DNA of 64,000 nt, from contig CAUZDW010000008.1 in assembly GCA_963578825.1 (NCBI GenBank), positions 24,640 through 88,639 on the forward strand. The letters are read 5' to 3'. Below the pieces are notes generated by a model. That model was not told the DNA's origin. It searched no databases and saw only the letters and a list, made by a program, of their open reading frames with translations. The position numbers were made by a program, and so were the translations under genes. This document shows positions 18,170 through 27,392 of this stretch, one piece after another. Position 1 is the first letter of the stretch, and each line of letters opens with the position of its first letter. This DNA is from Vicinamibacteria bacterium (GTDB lineage Bacteria > Acidobacteriota > Vicinamibacteria > Fen-336).

Positions 18170-19782
18170 AAGACCGCCCCGCTCGGCAGCTTGTGTCGGT
18201 GCGGGAAGAGTTGCCTGAACTCAGGGTCGTTCCGCAGGTTTCGGTGCGCATCCCGTGTGCGCCTGTCGAGGAAGCGGAGGTACACCGCGTCGATCGGCAG
18301 GAACTCGTCGTTGAAGCGCAGGACAGAGAGGATCGGGGGCCCATCCGGGCGACGGTCGAAGTGGGTGCGCACACTGCGGCGGCCCGTCTCCCACGTCACC
18401 TCCCAGGACACGTCCGACATGATCACGGCGTCTTCGCTGGTGTGGGCCTTCACGTACCTCAGGTCGCCCGCGGGGGTGCGATTCACCCCGAACTCCACGG
18501 TCTCGGCTGCCACCTTGACCTGCCCTGGATCGACCATGACGACGACAGCGAGGAGAAGACCAGCCAGACGAACGACTCTTTGGCGAACCCGCCCGAGGAG
18601 GGTCCAGATCACCCCCATCCCGACCACCAGGAGCCCGGGCAGGACGTGGTGATGGTAGCGGGCCAGGAAGATGTCGGTCAGGGACACGAATGCGGCGCCG
18701 GCGGCGAACGATGCGAACAGCAGCCAGGCGGAGCGCCTCAAGTCCCTGCCGATGGGGAGCGCGAGACCGAGGAGCGCGATCACCGGCAGGAAGGGGACTC
18801 CGCCAAGTCTCGGGAAGCGGATCAACAGCTTTTTAGCGTTGCGAGTCCATTTCTCCCAAACGCGATCAGGGTGCTGCCGCGCGTACTCGACGGGCGACAC
18901 GAAGTCGCTGACCCAGGGGTTGTTGACGTCCCATTTGTCGCCTTCGGCCTCGGGCAGGGTCCCCGCCGGGAGCAGGAAGTAGGAGTGAAGCGAGAACGTC
19001 GGGCTCCCCGCCACGCTCCAGTTCCTGGCCATCCAGGGGGTGATCAGGATCAGCATCCCCAGGACGAGAGCGCCTCCTCTCTGGCCCAACTCTCTCCAGG
19101 GCCGACGTCCCGGGGGGGTCTCGGCGAGGAGCGGCCAGAGGACCGCCAGAACGAAGAAGGGAGCGGCAAACAAGGCGTTCGTCCTGGCGAGCGTCGCCAG
19201 ACCCAAGGCGGCCCCGGCGGCGAAGGGCCAGCGCACTCCCCCCTCACCGAAAGCGCGCCAGGCGAAGAAGAGGGAAAGCGTGAAGAAGAACATCGCCGAA
19301 GGCTCGGCCAGGCCGGAGACGCCGGTCTCGAGAACGGCGCCGCTCGAGCTGAACAGCGCCGTGGCGGCAACCGCGGGCGCGAGGCCGACGGCCCGGCGCG
19401 TCCACTCGAAGAGCAGCATAGAGGTCGCGACGTGAAAGCCGATCCCGTACGCCAGGACTGCCGGGACACCGACTCCCAGGACCAGGAAGAGCCCGGCCAT
19501 GACGAGCGACGGCAGCGGGAAGCGATGAAGATTGGGCCAGGGCCCCTGGAGCAGATCGTGATCCTCGAGGAAGCGCAGGTGCAGCATGTAGATCGCCTGT
19601 CGGGAGCTGAAGCCTCGGCCTTCGGCAAGCTCCCTTCCGATCTGTGCGTAGTCGAAGCCGTCGGGGCGCGAAAGCCCGTCGACGGTCACCGCGGCAAAGG
19701 TGCACAGGCAAGCCGCCGTGACCACGCCGGCGGCCAGCCAGAGGTGGCGTCCGGTCACCGAGGGGTCCTCCATAGCCCGCAT
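18157..19782 (-). CDS. GT39/GT83 (ArnT/PMT-like) membrane glycosyltransferase
   Basis: 541 aa with about 11 N-terminal TM helices and a periplasmic C-terminal domain, the dolichyl-phosphate-mannose/undecaprenyl-phosphate sugar transferase architecture. Convergent with pbpC (13-nt overlap). Confidence 0.75.
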   Translation of the reverse strand: MRAMEDPSVTGRHLWLAAGVVTAACLCTFAAVTVDGLSRPDGFDYAQIGRELAEGRGFSSRQAIYMLHLRFLEDHDLLQGPWPNLHRFPLPSLVMAGLFLVLGVGVPAVLAYGIGFHVATSMLLFEWTRRAVGLAPAVAATALFSSSGAVLETGVSGLAEPSAMFFFTLSLFFAWRAFGEGGVRWPFAAGAALGLATLARTNALFAAPFFVLAVLWPLLAETPPGRRPWRELGQRGGALVLGMLILITPWMARNWSVAGSPTFSLHSYFLLPAGTLPEAEGDKWDVNNPWVSDFVSPVEYARQHPDRVWEKWTRNAKKLLIRFPRLGGVPFLPVIALLGLALPIGRDLRRSAWLLFASFAAGAAFVSLTDIFLARYHHHVLPGLLVVGMGVIWTLLGRVRQRVVRLAGLLLAVVVMVDPGQVKVAAETVEFGVNRTPAGDLRYVKAHTSEDAVIMSDVSWEVTWETGRRSVRTHFDRRPDGPPILSVLRFNDEFLPIDAVYLRFLDRRTRDAHRNLRNDPEFRQLFPHRHKLPSGAVFYSR

Positions 19783-19864
19783 TATTCACCAGACTGCTGC
19801 TGTGACGGGCGATCCGCGCTCGGCCCACCCGGTGAAAAGACTCCGAGCGCCGGGAGACGCTAGG

Positions 19865-20872
19865 ATGATCTTCATGAAGCACAGGCGAAGGCTGCTCGTC
19901 GCGGCTCTAGGCGTCGGTGTGGCGTTGACAGCAGCGTGCACGCCGCAGGCCGAGCCCCCCGTCCGAGTGGTCCTGATCACCCTGGACACACTGCGCCTGG
20001 ACTCCTTCCTCGGCAGCGCCGACCGACCGGGGCAGATGCCCCGGCTCAGGAAGTGGGCCGAACGGGGCCGCGTGTTCGAACTCTACTACTCGTCGACCTC
20101 CACGACGCAGCCCACCCACGCCACGCTTCTGACGGGCCTTCATCCGTGGGAGCACGGGGTGCCCCGCAATGGCAAGGTGAAGGCCCGGATCGCCGAGGGT
20201 TCGGACCCGGCGCGAATTCTCGCCAAGGCTCGGGGCCTCTACGACGGCGACGTGAGCTACCTCGACGGTGCGCTCGACCGGGTCCTCGTCCAGCTGGACG
20301 AGGACCGCGAGGAGATCGAGACCCACGTCCTGGTGGTGTCGGACCACGGCGAGAGCTTCGGGGAGGGCGGGTCCGTGGGCCACGGCCGGCGTCTGACGAC
20401 CGAGCAGATCCGTGTGCCCTGCTTCGGGCTTTCGCCACGGGTTGCGCCGGGCGTCAGCGTGCGGCCCATCGGGACCACGGACCTGACCACCACGATCCTC
20501 TCCCTCGCCGGCGTGGCCGGCGAAGCCCCGGGCGGCCGGGATCTCGTCGACCGCGAGACCGAGCCGGCGCGGGTCGTCGGGATGAGACGCGCTTTCGACA
20601 GGATCACCCACGAGAGGCGAATCGACGGCAGCGTGCACGTGCTCGAGGGGCTGAGATTCTACGTCCTCGACGGGCAAGACCTGGTCACTGGCAACGGACA
20701 GGGTGCCGTCACGCTCAACGACTCTTCGGAAGAGCTGGCCGATCCCGAGAGGGCCGCATCGGCCCGGCAGCTCTTCGCGGAGTTCGAGGAGCAGTTCATG
20801 GCGGTGACGCTCCGCTCGCGCGACGATGAGGAGACGCTGAAAAAGCTGGAGGCTCTGGGCTATGTTCGCTGA
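19865..20872 (+). CDS. Sulfatase / alkaline-phosphatase superfamily protein (secreted)
   Basis: Signal peptide MIFMKHRRRLLVAALGVGVALTAAC; LITLDTLRLDSF...TQPTHATLLTGLHPWEHG...VVSDHGESFGEGG, the sulfatase N-terminal motifs. Confidence 0.75.
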   Translation: MIFMKHRRRLLVAALGVGVALTAACTPQAEPPVRVVLITLDTLRLDSFLGSADRPGQMPRLRKWAERGRVFELYYSSTSTTQPTHATLLTGLHPWEHGVPRNGKVKARIAEGSDPARILAKARGLYDGDVSYLDGALDRVLVQLDEDREEIETHVLVVSDHGESFGEGGSVGHGRRLTTEQIRVPCFGLSPRVAPGVSVRPIGTTDLTTTILSLAGVAGEAPGGRDLVDRETEPARVVGMRRAFDRITHERRIDGSVHVLEGLRFYVLDGQDLVTGNGQGAVTLNDSSEELADPERAASARQLFAEFEEQFMAVTLRSRDDEETLKKLEALGYVR

Positions 20873-22238
20873 GGTGCGTCGCTCGCTCGTCGTCGGGCTG
20901 GTGGCGGGGGGCGTGTTGGCGGGCTGCACTTCGCCGGAGGTGGCACCGGACATCGTGCTGATCACCGCCGACGCCCTGCGAGCGGATCACCTCTCCATCA
21001 ACGGCTATCCTCGGGAGACGTCACCGAACATCGACCGGTTCGCTCGTGAAGCATGGCACTTCACCGAGGCCGTCACCGTCATCCCGAAGACGGGCCCCGC
21101 CCTCACCACGATGTTCACCGGGCACCAGACCGACACCCATCGAGTGCGGACCAACCTCTGGAGAATGCCCCGCGCGCTCCCGGTCCTCGCCGAGCGACTC
21201 GGGGACGAGGGATACCGGACGGCGGCGTTCGTGAGCAACCCCGCCGTCGGGGCGAGCATGGGCTTCGCCCGGGGCTTCGACACCTTCAAAGAGCTCTTCG
21301 CGGGCGACGGCGTGTCGGCGGTCAACGCCGCGTTTCTCCAGTGGGCTGCGGACGAGTGGACGAGGCCCTCTTTCGTCTGGCTCCACTACATCGACCCGCA
21401 TGGGCCCTACGACCCTCCTCCCGCGCTCGAGGCACTGTTCGTCGACGACGAGTGGGCGCAGTCGTCAGCGCGGGTCTCACTGGACTATGAGGCGAACCAG
21501 ATCGAGGGGGGCTCGCCCAACAAGCTGCTGGGGGCGGTGCCCCGCTACCAGCAGCTCGGCGACGAGGATCGCGTGGCGGTCTATGTGGCCCGCTACGACG
21601 CCGAGATCCGCCACGTCGACAACGCCTTCGGTGAGGTGATTCGCGCGCTCGAGGAGCTCGGCCGCTACGACAACGCCATGGTGCTGTTCACGGCCGACCA
21701 TGGAGAGAGCCTGGGCGAGCACAACTTCTACTTCGAGCACGGATGGTTCGCCTACGACGCGACCCTGCGCGTGCCGCTCATGATCAAGCGGCCCGGCCAG
21801 ACCGAGGGAGGGATCGTCGAAGCCCAGGTCTCCCTCGTGGACATCGTGCCGACGGTCCGCGACGTCGTGGGGGCCTCGTGGGAGGACGACGGAGCCGGCG
21901 GCAGCGTCTTCCGTGCACCCGAGAGCCGCCCCCTCGTGAAGATCGAGAGCGCCGGCCGCTACCCCGAAACGTTCCACGGTCTCAGGAGCACACGCTGGAA
22001 GTTTCTGAAGAGCCGCGCCCTGGGCTCGGAGGAGCTCTACGATCTGGCGGCCGATCCAGGGGAGACCGAGAATCGGGCCGGAGGCGAAGCGGAGCTCGCA
22101 ACGGAGCTTCGCCTCCGGCTCTCCGAGACCCGGGCCGCGCTCCGATCCGACGCCTCGCCCGTCGCTCCTCCACTGGAGGAGGACGAGATCGATGCGAGGG
22201 CCCGGGAGCAGCTGAAAGCGCTCGGCTACCTGCAGTGA
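20862..22238 (+). CDS. Sulfatase family protein (paralog of the preceding gene)
   Basis: Lipoprotein-like signal (VLAGCTSP); VLITADALRADHLSINGY...PALTTMFTGHQTDTH...FTADHGESLGEHNFYFEHG. Its C-terminus (KALGYLQ) resembles the upstream paralog (EALGYVR). Confidence 0.8.
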   Translation: MFAEVRRSLVVGLVAGGVLAGCTSPEVAPDIVLITADALRADHLSINGYPRETSPNIDRFAREAWHFTEAVTVIPKTGPALTTMFTGHQTDTHRVRTNLWRMPRALPVLAERLGDEGYRTAAFVSNPAVGASMGFARGFDTFKELFAGDGVSAVNAAFLQWAADEWTRPSFVWLHYIDPHGPYDPPPALEALFVDDEWAQSSARVSLDYEANQIEGGSPNKLLGAVPRYQQLGDEDRVAVYVARYDAEIRHVDNAFGEVIRALEELGRYDNAMVLFTADHGESLGEHNFYFEHGWFAYDATLRVPLMIKRPGQTEGGIVEAQVSLVDIVPTVRDVVGASWEDDGAGGSVFRAPESRPLVKIESAGRYPETFHGLRSTRWKFLKSRALGSEELYDLAADPGETENRAGGEAELATELRLRLSETRAALRSDASPVAPPLEEDEIDARAREQLKALGYLQ

Positions 22239-22353
22239 CACATCGAGTCGTCCGCGTCGGTCGCCCGCGAAGTGCGGGTCGCGTTCTCGAGGGCGAGAGA
22301 CCAACCACGGGGAACCGGCGCACCCAGCCTGCGGGTACAATCAGCACTCGCGG

Positions 22354-23628
22354 GTGGAGCGCTCCCGGTTCGAGAGCCTGGCGGCGGAGGACGGGGTGCG
22401 CGCGGCACGCTCCAACTACTACCCCTGGGTCGCCGTCGAGGGGATTGCGAAGGACGGCCTCTCGGGAGCCACCGGTGGCCTGGGCCTGGTGGGGCTGACC
22501 GGCTCACCCTTCTTCGACAAGCTGGCCATCGGCGTCAACGTCAGCTTCAACGCTCTCGACTTCGGCCGCACGAGCAACGCCGTGGACGCGGCCCGGTTCA
22601 CCGCTGCGTCGCTCCGCAGCCGCGAAGAGGCCGAGAAGGCCGCCGTCGTGTGGCAGGTCAAGACCGCCTACTACCGCTGCCTTCAGGCCGAAGACCTGCT
22701 CCAGGTGGCCCGTGAGACGCTCGAGGCAAGGGAGCTCACAGCGCGGCAGGCCCGGGTCTACTACGAGGCCGAGCTTCGGTCGAAGCTCGACGCCAGCTTC
22801 TCCGAGGTTCGTGTAAAGGAGGCCGAAGCAGAGCTGATACGCGCCGAGAACCAGCAACAGCTCGAGTTCGCGGCGCTCGATCTCGCCATGGGAGTGCCGG
22901 GAGAAGGCACCTACCGACTCGAGGCGACGCCGGCCGATTCCGAGCCCGGGGAATCACTCGAGGCTCTCGTCGAGAGAAGCCTGCTCAGCCGACCCGACCT
23001 CGCGGCGGCGCACCTCGAGGCCCAAGCCGTGCGCGCCTCTCTCGAGGCCGCTCGCAGCGAGAGGCTCCCGCAGATCCGTGCGGTGGCCAGCTTCGGGAAG
23101 GCCCGCTTCGCCGAAGGCGTCGACGGGAAGGACTGGGTGGTCGGGGTCGGGTTCAGCGTTCCCGTGTTCACCGGGTTCGCCGTGGATTCGCGCATCCACC
23201 AGGCGGAGTCGAGGCTGCGGGCGGCCCAGGCGGGTCAAAGAGCGATCGTGCAGCGTGTGCGCTTCGAAGTCCAGAGGGCCTTCCTGGGCCTGGAGACCGC
23301 ACGCTCCTTCACGGAGGTGGCCCGCGCCCAGGTGTCTCTGGCCGAGGAGTCCCTGCGTCTGGCCACCCAGAGATATGGAGCGCAGCTCGGGAGCTTCATC
23401 GACCTCACGGCGGCCGACCTGTCCCTGGTCCGCTCGAAGCAGGCCCACGCGCAGGCCGTCTACGACGTCATGATCGCCCGCGCGACCCTGGAGTTCGTGG
23501 TGGGAGAGCCTGCGCCCCACTCGGCGCGGTCGAAGGCCGTGGTGGCTCGAGACTCAGCCTCTACGAGGCTGCCGAGGAACGGCCCGACGCGTTGGAAGCC
23601 GCTGGAGGCCCTCGGCGACCTTCAGTGA
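22354..23628 (+). pseudogene. TolC-family outer-membrane efflux protein, 5'-truncated (no signal peptide or first helix)
   Basis: The translation has both TolC repeats (…SNYYPWVAVEG…FDKLAIGVNVSFNALDFG…; second repeat LVERSLLSRPDLAAAHLEAQAVRASLEAARSERLPQI…ATQRYGAQLGSFIDLTAADLSLV) but begins mid-helix at a GTG. The 115 nt upstream up to the sulfatase stop translate to junk in every frame. Confidence 0.5.
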
Positions 23629-23690
23629 GGTCGGTCTTCGAGTCGGCGGTCGCGATGGCCGGGCCACAAGAGGGTCCCGGACCTGACGTT

Positions 23691-25211
23691 CTACCAGAAG
23701 TAGAGATACAAGCCGATCGTCAGGGCGACGATCACGGCCCCAAAGAGCTTTGCCCTCGGGCTCGCCTTGAGGTCGACCTCGCCGGCGTCCGGAATCTCCC
23801 TCGGTTCCCCTGGGCTCACGTGCGTGTAGAGGAGCATCGCCGCCGACGTCGTGAGGAAGGCGAGGGCCGCCACGTTCAGGTACGGACCGTCGACGACCCA
23901 GATGAAGACGCCGTAGAGGGGCACCGAGACGAGCAGCCCCATCACGGCCGCTCCGGCGGGGACCCTCTTGATGAACATCCCCAGAATGAAGACCGCGAGG
24001 ATGCCGGGCCAGATGAAGTTCCACGCCATCTGCATGTAGTCGTAGATGGGTCCCATTCGCCGCAGCTCGGGGGCAAGAAGGCACGCCAGGACCACGAACG
24101 CAGCGGTGCTCATCCGCCCCATGGCGACGAGGGCCTTTAGCGAAGGCTTCGATTTCGCCCAGTGGCGCTTGTAGAGATCGATCGTCAGGATCGTGGAGGC
24201 GGAGTTCAGCATCGAGTCGAGCGAGCTCATGATCGCCCCGAACAGCGCCGCGAACATGACGCCTCGGAGCCCGGACGGGAGCAGCCTCTTCATCAGAAAG
24301 GGATAGGCCTGATCGGCCTCGGGGACCTCGGAGCCGTAGAGCTAGAAGGCAATGATCCCGGGAAAGACGACAAGGAAGGGAATGACGAGCTTCAAGGCAG
24401 CGGCGAAGAGAATCCCCGGCTGCCCTTCCTCCAGGCTCTTGGCGGCGAGGGCGCGCTAGGTGATGAACTGATTCAAGCCCCAGTAGCAGATGTTCGGGAC
24501 CCAGATTCCCAGCAGAAAGATCGTCCACGGCATCGTGGAGTGGTCCGCCGGCAGGACCATGTGGAGCTTGTCCTGATTCACCTCCAGGAAGACGCCGAGG
24601 CCGCCCACTTCCCGAAGGCCGAGAACCAGCACGACCGCGCCCCCCAGCATCAGCGTGATCCCCTGGACGAGGTCGGACCACACGACAGCCTTGAGGCCGC
24701 CGTAGACCGTGTAGGCGCCCGCCCGCACTCCGATGCCCCAGATGCCGTAGTAGAGATTGACGCCGAAGATGCTGTTGAGCGCGAGACCGCCGGTGTAGAG
24801 GACGCCGGCCATGGCCGCGACCACGTACATGATCATCAGGTAGAAGGCCATGATGGCCCGGGCGGTCGCGTTGTAGCGGTACTCCAGGTACTCGGGGAGG
24901 GTGTAGATCCCGGCGCGCAGGAAGCGTGGGAGCAGCACCAGGGCGACGAAGACGAGAGCGATGGCCGCGATCCACTCGAAGCTGGCGATGGCGAGGCCCA
25001 GTTCGAAGCCCTTGCCTCCCATCCCGATGAAGTGCTCCGTCGAGATGTTGGACGCGACCAGCGACAGGCCGATGAGCCACCAGGTCAGGCTGCGGCCGGC
25101 GAGGAAGTAGTCCTCGGAGGTGTCTTCCTTGCGCGAGGCATACAGCGAGACCGCTATGACAAAGACGATGAATCCGACGAAGGTGCCGATGTCGACGCCA
25201 GAGAGTTCCAT
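23691..25211 (-). pseudogene. Sodium:solute symporter (SSF) interrupted by two in-frame TAG codons
   Basis: A single reading frame (start ATG = plus 25209-25211) gives MELSGVDIGTFVGFIVFVIAVSLYASRKEDTSEDYFLAGRSL…GLNQFIT*RALAAKSLEEGQPGILFAAALKLVIPFLVVFPGIIAF*LYGSE…, with TAGs at plus 24456-24458 and 24342-24344. The first falls where SSF proteins have the Q of the conserved Q-R-x-LAAKS motif. The track splits it into ORFs 24456..25370 and 23691..24293. Confidence 0.7.
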
Positions 25212-25353
25212 GCTCGATTTGATCGGACTCGCCTTTGGGAGTAGCGCTCCCGAGCGGCCTTTGGCTGATCCCGCGTGAGGGCAGATTACATCACGGATTT
25301 CGGAGAGGACGGTGGAGAATAAACTGCTCGACGCGGCGTGGTAGATTTCGTCG

Positions 25354-26436
25354 ATGGAAGGCGGGCTCAAGCTGGGGATCGTCGGTGCGGGACGGATCGG
25401 CGTCTTTCACGCGCAGCACGTCCAGGAGATCGCCAGCGACCGAGGCGACTGCACGCTGAGCGCTGTGATCGACGCCCACGAAGACACCGCCGAGCGCGTG
25501 GCGGCGCAGCTGCAGGAACGCCAGGGTCAGCCCGTCCGCGCGTTCCGCCGCATCGAGGAGGCGATCGACGCCGGGGGCCTCGACGCCGCGGTCGTGGCGT
25601 CTCGCACGGAGGACCATGAGGCCCACACGCGCACCCTCGTCGACGCCGGGTGTCGTGTGCTCCTCGAGAAGCCCCTCGCCAGCTCCTTCGAGAGTGCTGC
25701 GGCGCTGGCGGAGCACCTCGCCGCACTGCCGGGCGGAGATCGGGCGGTCATGCAGGCGTTTCAGCGCCGATTCGACGAGCCGCTCCGGCGGGCCAAGGCG
25801 CTTGTCGACGACGGCGCCGTCGGCCAACCGTTCAAGATTGTGTCGGTGCTCGAGGATCCCGACCCGCCGCCGGAGGGATATCAGAGCCCCGGCCTGCTCC
25901 CCGACATGTCCGTCCACAACGTCGACGAGGTCGTGTGGCTCCTGGGCCAGCGCCCGGATCGCGCGACCGCAATGGCCAGTCGGCTCTACAACACCGCCAT
26001 CGCCTCGGTGAAAGAGGATTTCGACGACGCGCTCATGACCATGTGGTTCCCTGGTGGTGCGGCCGCCCAGGTGCAGGTGAGCCGCAATCACGTCGCCGGC
26101 TACCGCAACGAGACCTGGGTCTACGGCGATCGCGGGGTCGTGCACGTCGGCGGGTTTCAGGAGGATCCGCTGCGGGTCGACGTCGAGGCCCTCGCCCGTG
26201 GCCGAGTCATCGCCCGGGAGACCTTCAGGATGAGATCGTACGACGCCCCCAGCGTGCCGGTGTTCGTCGAACGCTTCGGTCCCGCATACCGCGCCGAGAT
26301 GGTGCACTTCATCAACTGCGTCACCCGGGGCGAGCCGTTCGCGGTCACACACGAAGACGGTCTGGAAGCGCTGCGCATCGTGGAGGCCGCGGCCCGGGCG
26401 GTTCAGACCCGCGACGGCGCCCCGCAGGGCGTGTGA
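25354..26436 (+). CDS. Gfo/Idh/MocA family NAD(P)-dependent oxidoreductase (inositol/sugar dehydrogenase-like)
   Basis: N-terminal Rossmann LKLGIVGAGRIGVFHAQH, EKP motif VLLEKPLA, and a C-terminal alpha/beta domain. Divergent from the symporter gene. Confidence 0.8.
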   Translation: MEGGLKLGIVGAGRIGVFHAQHVQEIASDRGDCTLSAVIDAHEDTAERVAAQLQERQGQPVRAFRRIEEAIDAGGLDAAVVASRTEDHEAHTRTLVDAGCRVLLEKPLASSFESAAALAEHLAALPGGDRAVMQAFQRRFDEPLRRAKALVDDGAVGQPFKIVSVLEDPDPPPEGYQSPGLLPDMSVHNVDEVVWLLGQRPDRATAMASRLYNTAIASVKEDFDDALMTMWFPGGAAAQVQVSRNHVAGYRNETWVYGDRGVVHVGGFQEDPLRVDVEALARGRVIARETFRMRSYDAPSVPVFVERFGPAYRAEMVHFINCVTRGEPFAVTHEDGLEALRIVEAAARAVQTRDGAPQGV

Positions 26437-26487
26437 GTCCCCAGACGCCGGGAGGGGATGATCCAATCCGGCCGTCCGATCCCGAGA

Positions 26488-26651
26488 TGGATCCGTTCGA
26501 GGGTGACGAAGACCAGGAGTCCTGGGAGCCGCCGAGCCCGGCACTGGGAGGCCCCGGTCAGCTGGTCGCTGCGGTGGTCCTCGCTTTCGTCGCTGGCGCG
26601 ATTCTCGTAGGCGCCGTGGCAGTGGCGTCCTGGCTTTTCCGGTTTCGCTGA
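26488..26651 (+). CDS. Possible small C-tail-anchored membrane protein (54 aa)
   Basis: MDPFEGDEDQESWEPPSPALGGPGQLVAAVVLAFVAGAILVGAVAVASWLFRFR: acidic N-terminus plus one TM helix. No SD seen and no homology recognised. Confidence 0.2.
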
Positions 26652-26672
26652 GCCACGCACGCCGAGCGGGAG

Positions 26673-26879
26673 CTACAAGAGCTTGTGACGGACCGCGAAC
26701 GTCACGAGCTCGGCGCTCGTGTCGATAGCGAGGCTCTTCATCGCACGGTACTTGTGGAAGGCCACGGTGCGTGCCGTGATGCCGAGGGCAGCCGCAGCCT
26801 GCTTCATCGAGCGGCCCTCCGCCAGAAGCTGGACGACCTCGCGCTCGCGAGGCGTCAGGAGCTCCACAGGATTGCTCAC
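26673..26879 (-). CDS. Small LuxR/GerE-type HTH protein (about 68 aa); start uncertain
   Basis: LTPREREVVQLLAEGRSMKQAAAALGITARTVAFHKYRAMKSLAIDTSAELVTFAVRHKLL is a canonical LuxR C-terminal HTH. The only nearby in-frame start is a GTG (plus 26877-26879) with no SD. Upstream in-frame sequence is junk. Confidence 0.35.
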   Translation of the reverse strand: MSNPVELLTPREREVVQLLAEGRSMKQAAAALGITARTVAFHKYRAMKSLAIDTSAELVTFAVRHKLL

Positions 26880-26929
26880 GACGTTGGGGGGCGGCAGGGC
26901 GTCGATGTCGCCGCCGTCGATCAGCGGTG

Positions 26930-27268
26930 TCAGGTAGCGGCGATTTTCGAGGGCCGCGCGGACCCCATGAAGATGACGCGGATCTCGTTGGGCTGGATCT
27001 CTTCGGTTCCGGGGAACCAGTTCGCGGCGCTCTTCAGCCACGGCATGGGCCGGATCCCCTCGAAGAGGAGTCCCTCCTTCCAGCGGTCCATGGGCACGCC
27101 GCCGAAGAGAGCGGCCTTGATGTCCGCCTCGCTGGACGGCGTCTGCTTGGGCGGCGCCTGGGCCAGCGCGGCCCCCGCCGTGAGAGCCACAGCGGCGGCA
27201 GCCGCAACGGCAACGAATTTCCTGGTCCAAGCACGGGCCCCGGCCCGGCGGTATCTGCTTGATTTCAA
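26930..27268 (-). CDS. Small secreted protein with Tat-like signal (RR + hydrophobic + AxA)
   Basis: MKSSRYRRAGARAWTRKFVAVAAAAAVALTAGAALAQAPPKQTP... Its 3' end overlaps the LuxR-HTH ORF by about 10 nt in another frame. Confidence 0.3.
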   Translation of the reverse strand: MKSSRYRRAGARAWTRKFVAVAAAAAVALTAGAALAQAPPKQTPSSEADIKAALFGGVPMDRWKEGLLFEGIRPMPWLKSAANWFPGTEEIQPNEIRVIFMGSARPSKIAAT

Positions 27269-27342
27269 CGGCTGATAAGTGCTCGTTTTTGCTTAGAGCA
27301 GTTTCAACTGGGCCGCAAACAGTGCCTCCATCGGGCTTGGTT

Positions 27343-27355
27343 CTGTGATACACAG
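27343..27355. promoter_or_regulatory. Inverted repeat CTGTG-ATA-CACAG upstream of the D-aminoacylase gene
   Basis: Perfect 5-bp arms with an AT spacer, about 38 nt before the GTG start. It is followed by the palindromic CCGATCGG-type motifs CGGGATCGGG and ACCGATCGGA. Confidence 0.25.
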
Positions 27356-27392
27356 ACCGGGATCGGGCCAACCGATCGGAAAGGGGCCTTAC

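Noticed and set aside
23691-25370. Hypothesis that TAG is reassigned or read through genome-wide, which would rescue the symporter and the ATP-grasp gene
   Set aside because: TAG clearly terminates bpt (6123), the S9 peptidase (9270), A2M (15671) and pbpC (18167). Read-through there gives long junk that overlaps the next genes. Local suppression is kept only as a minor alternative.
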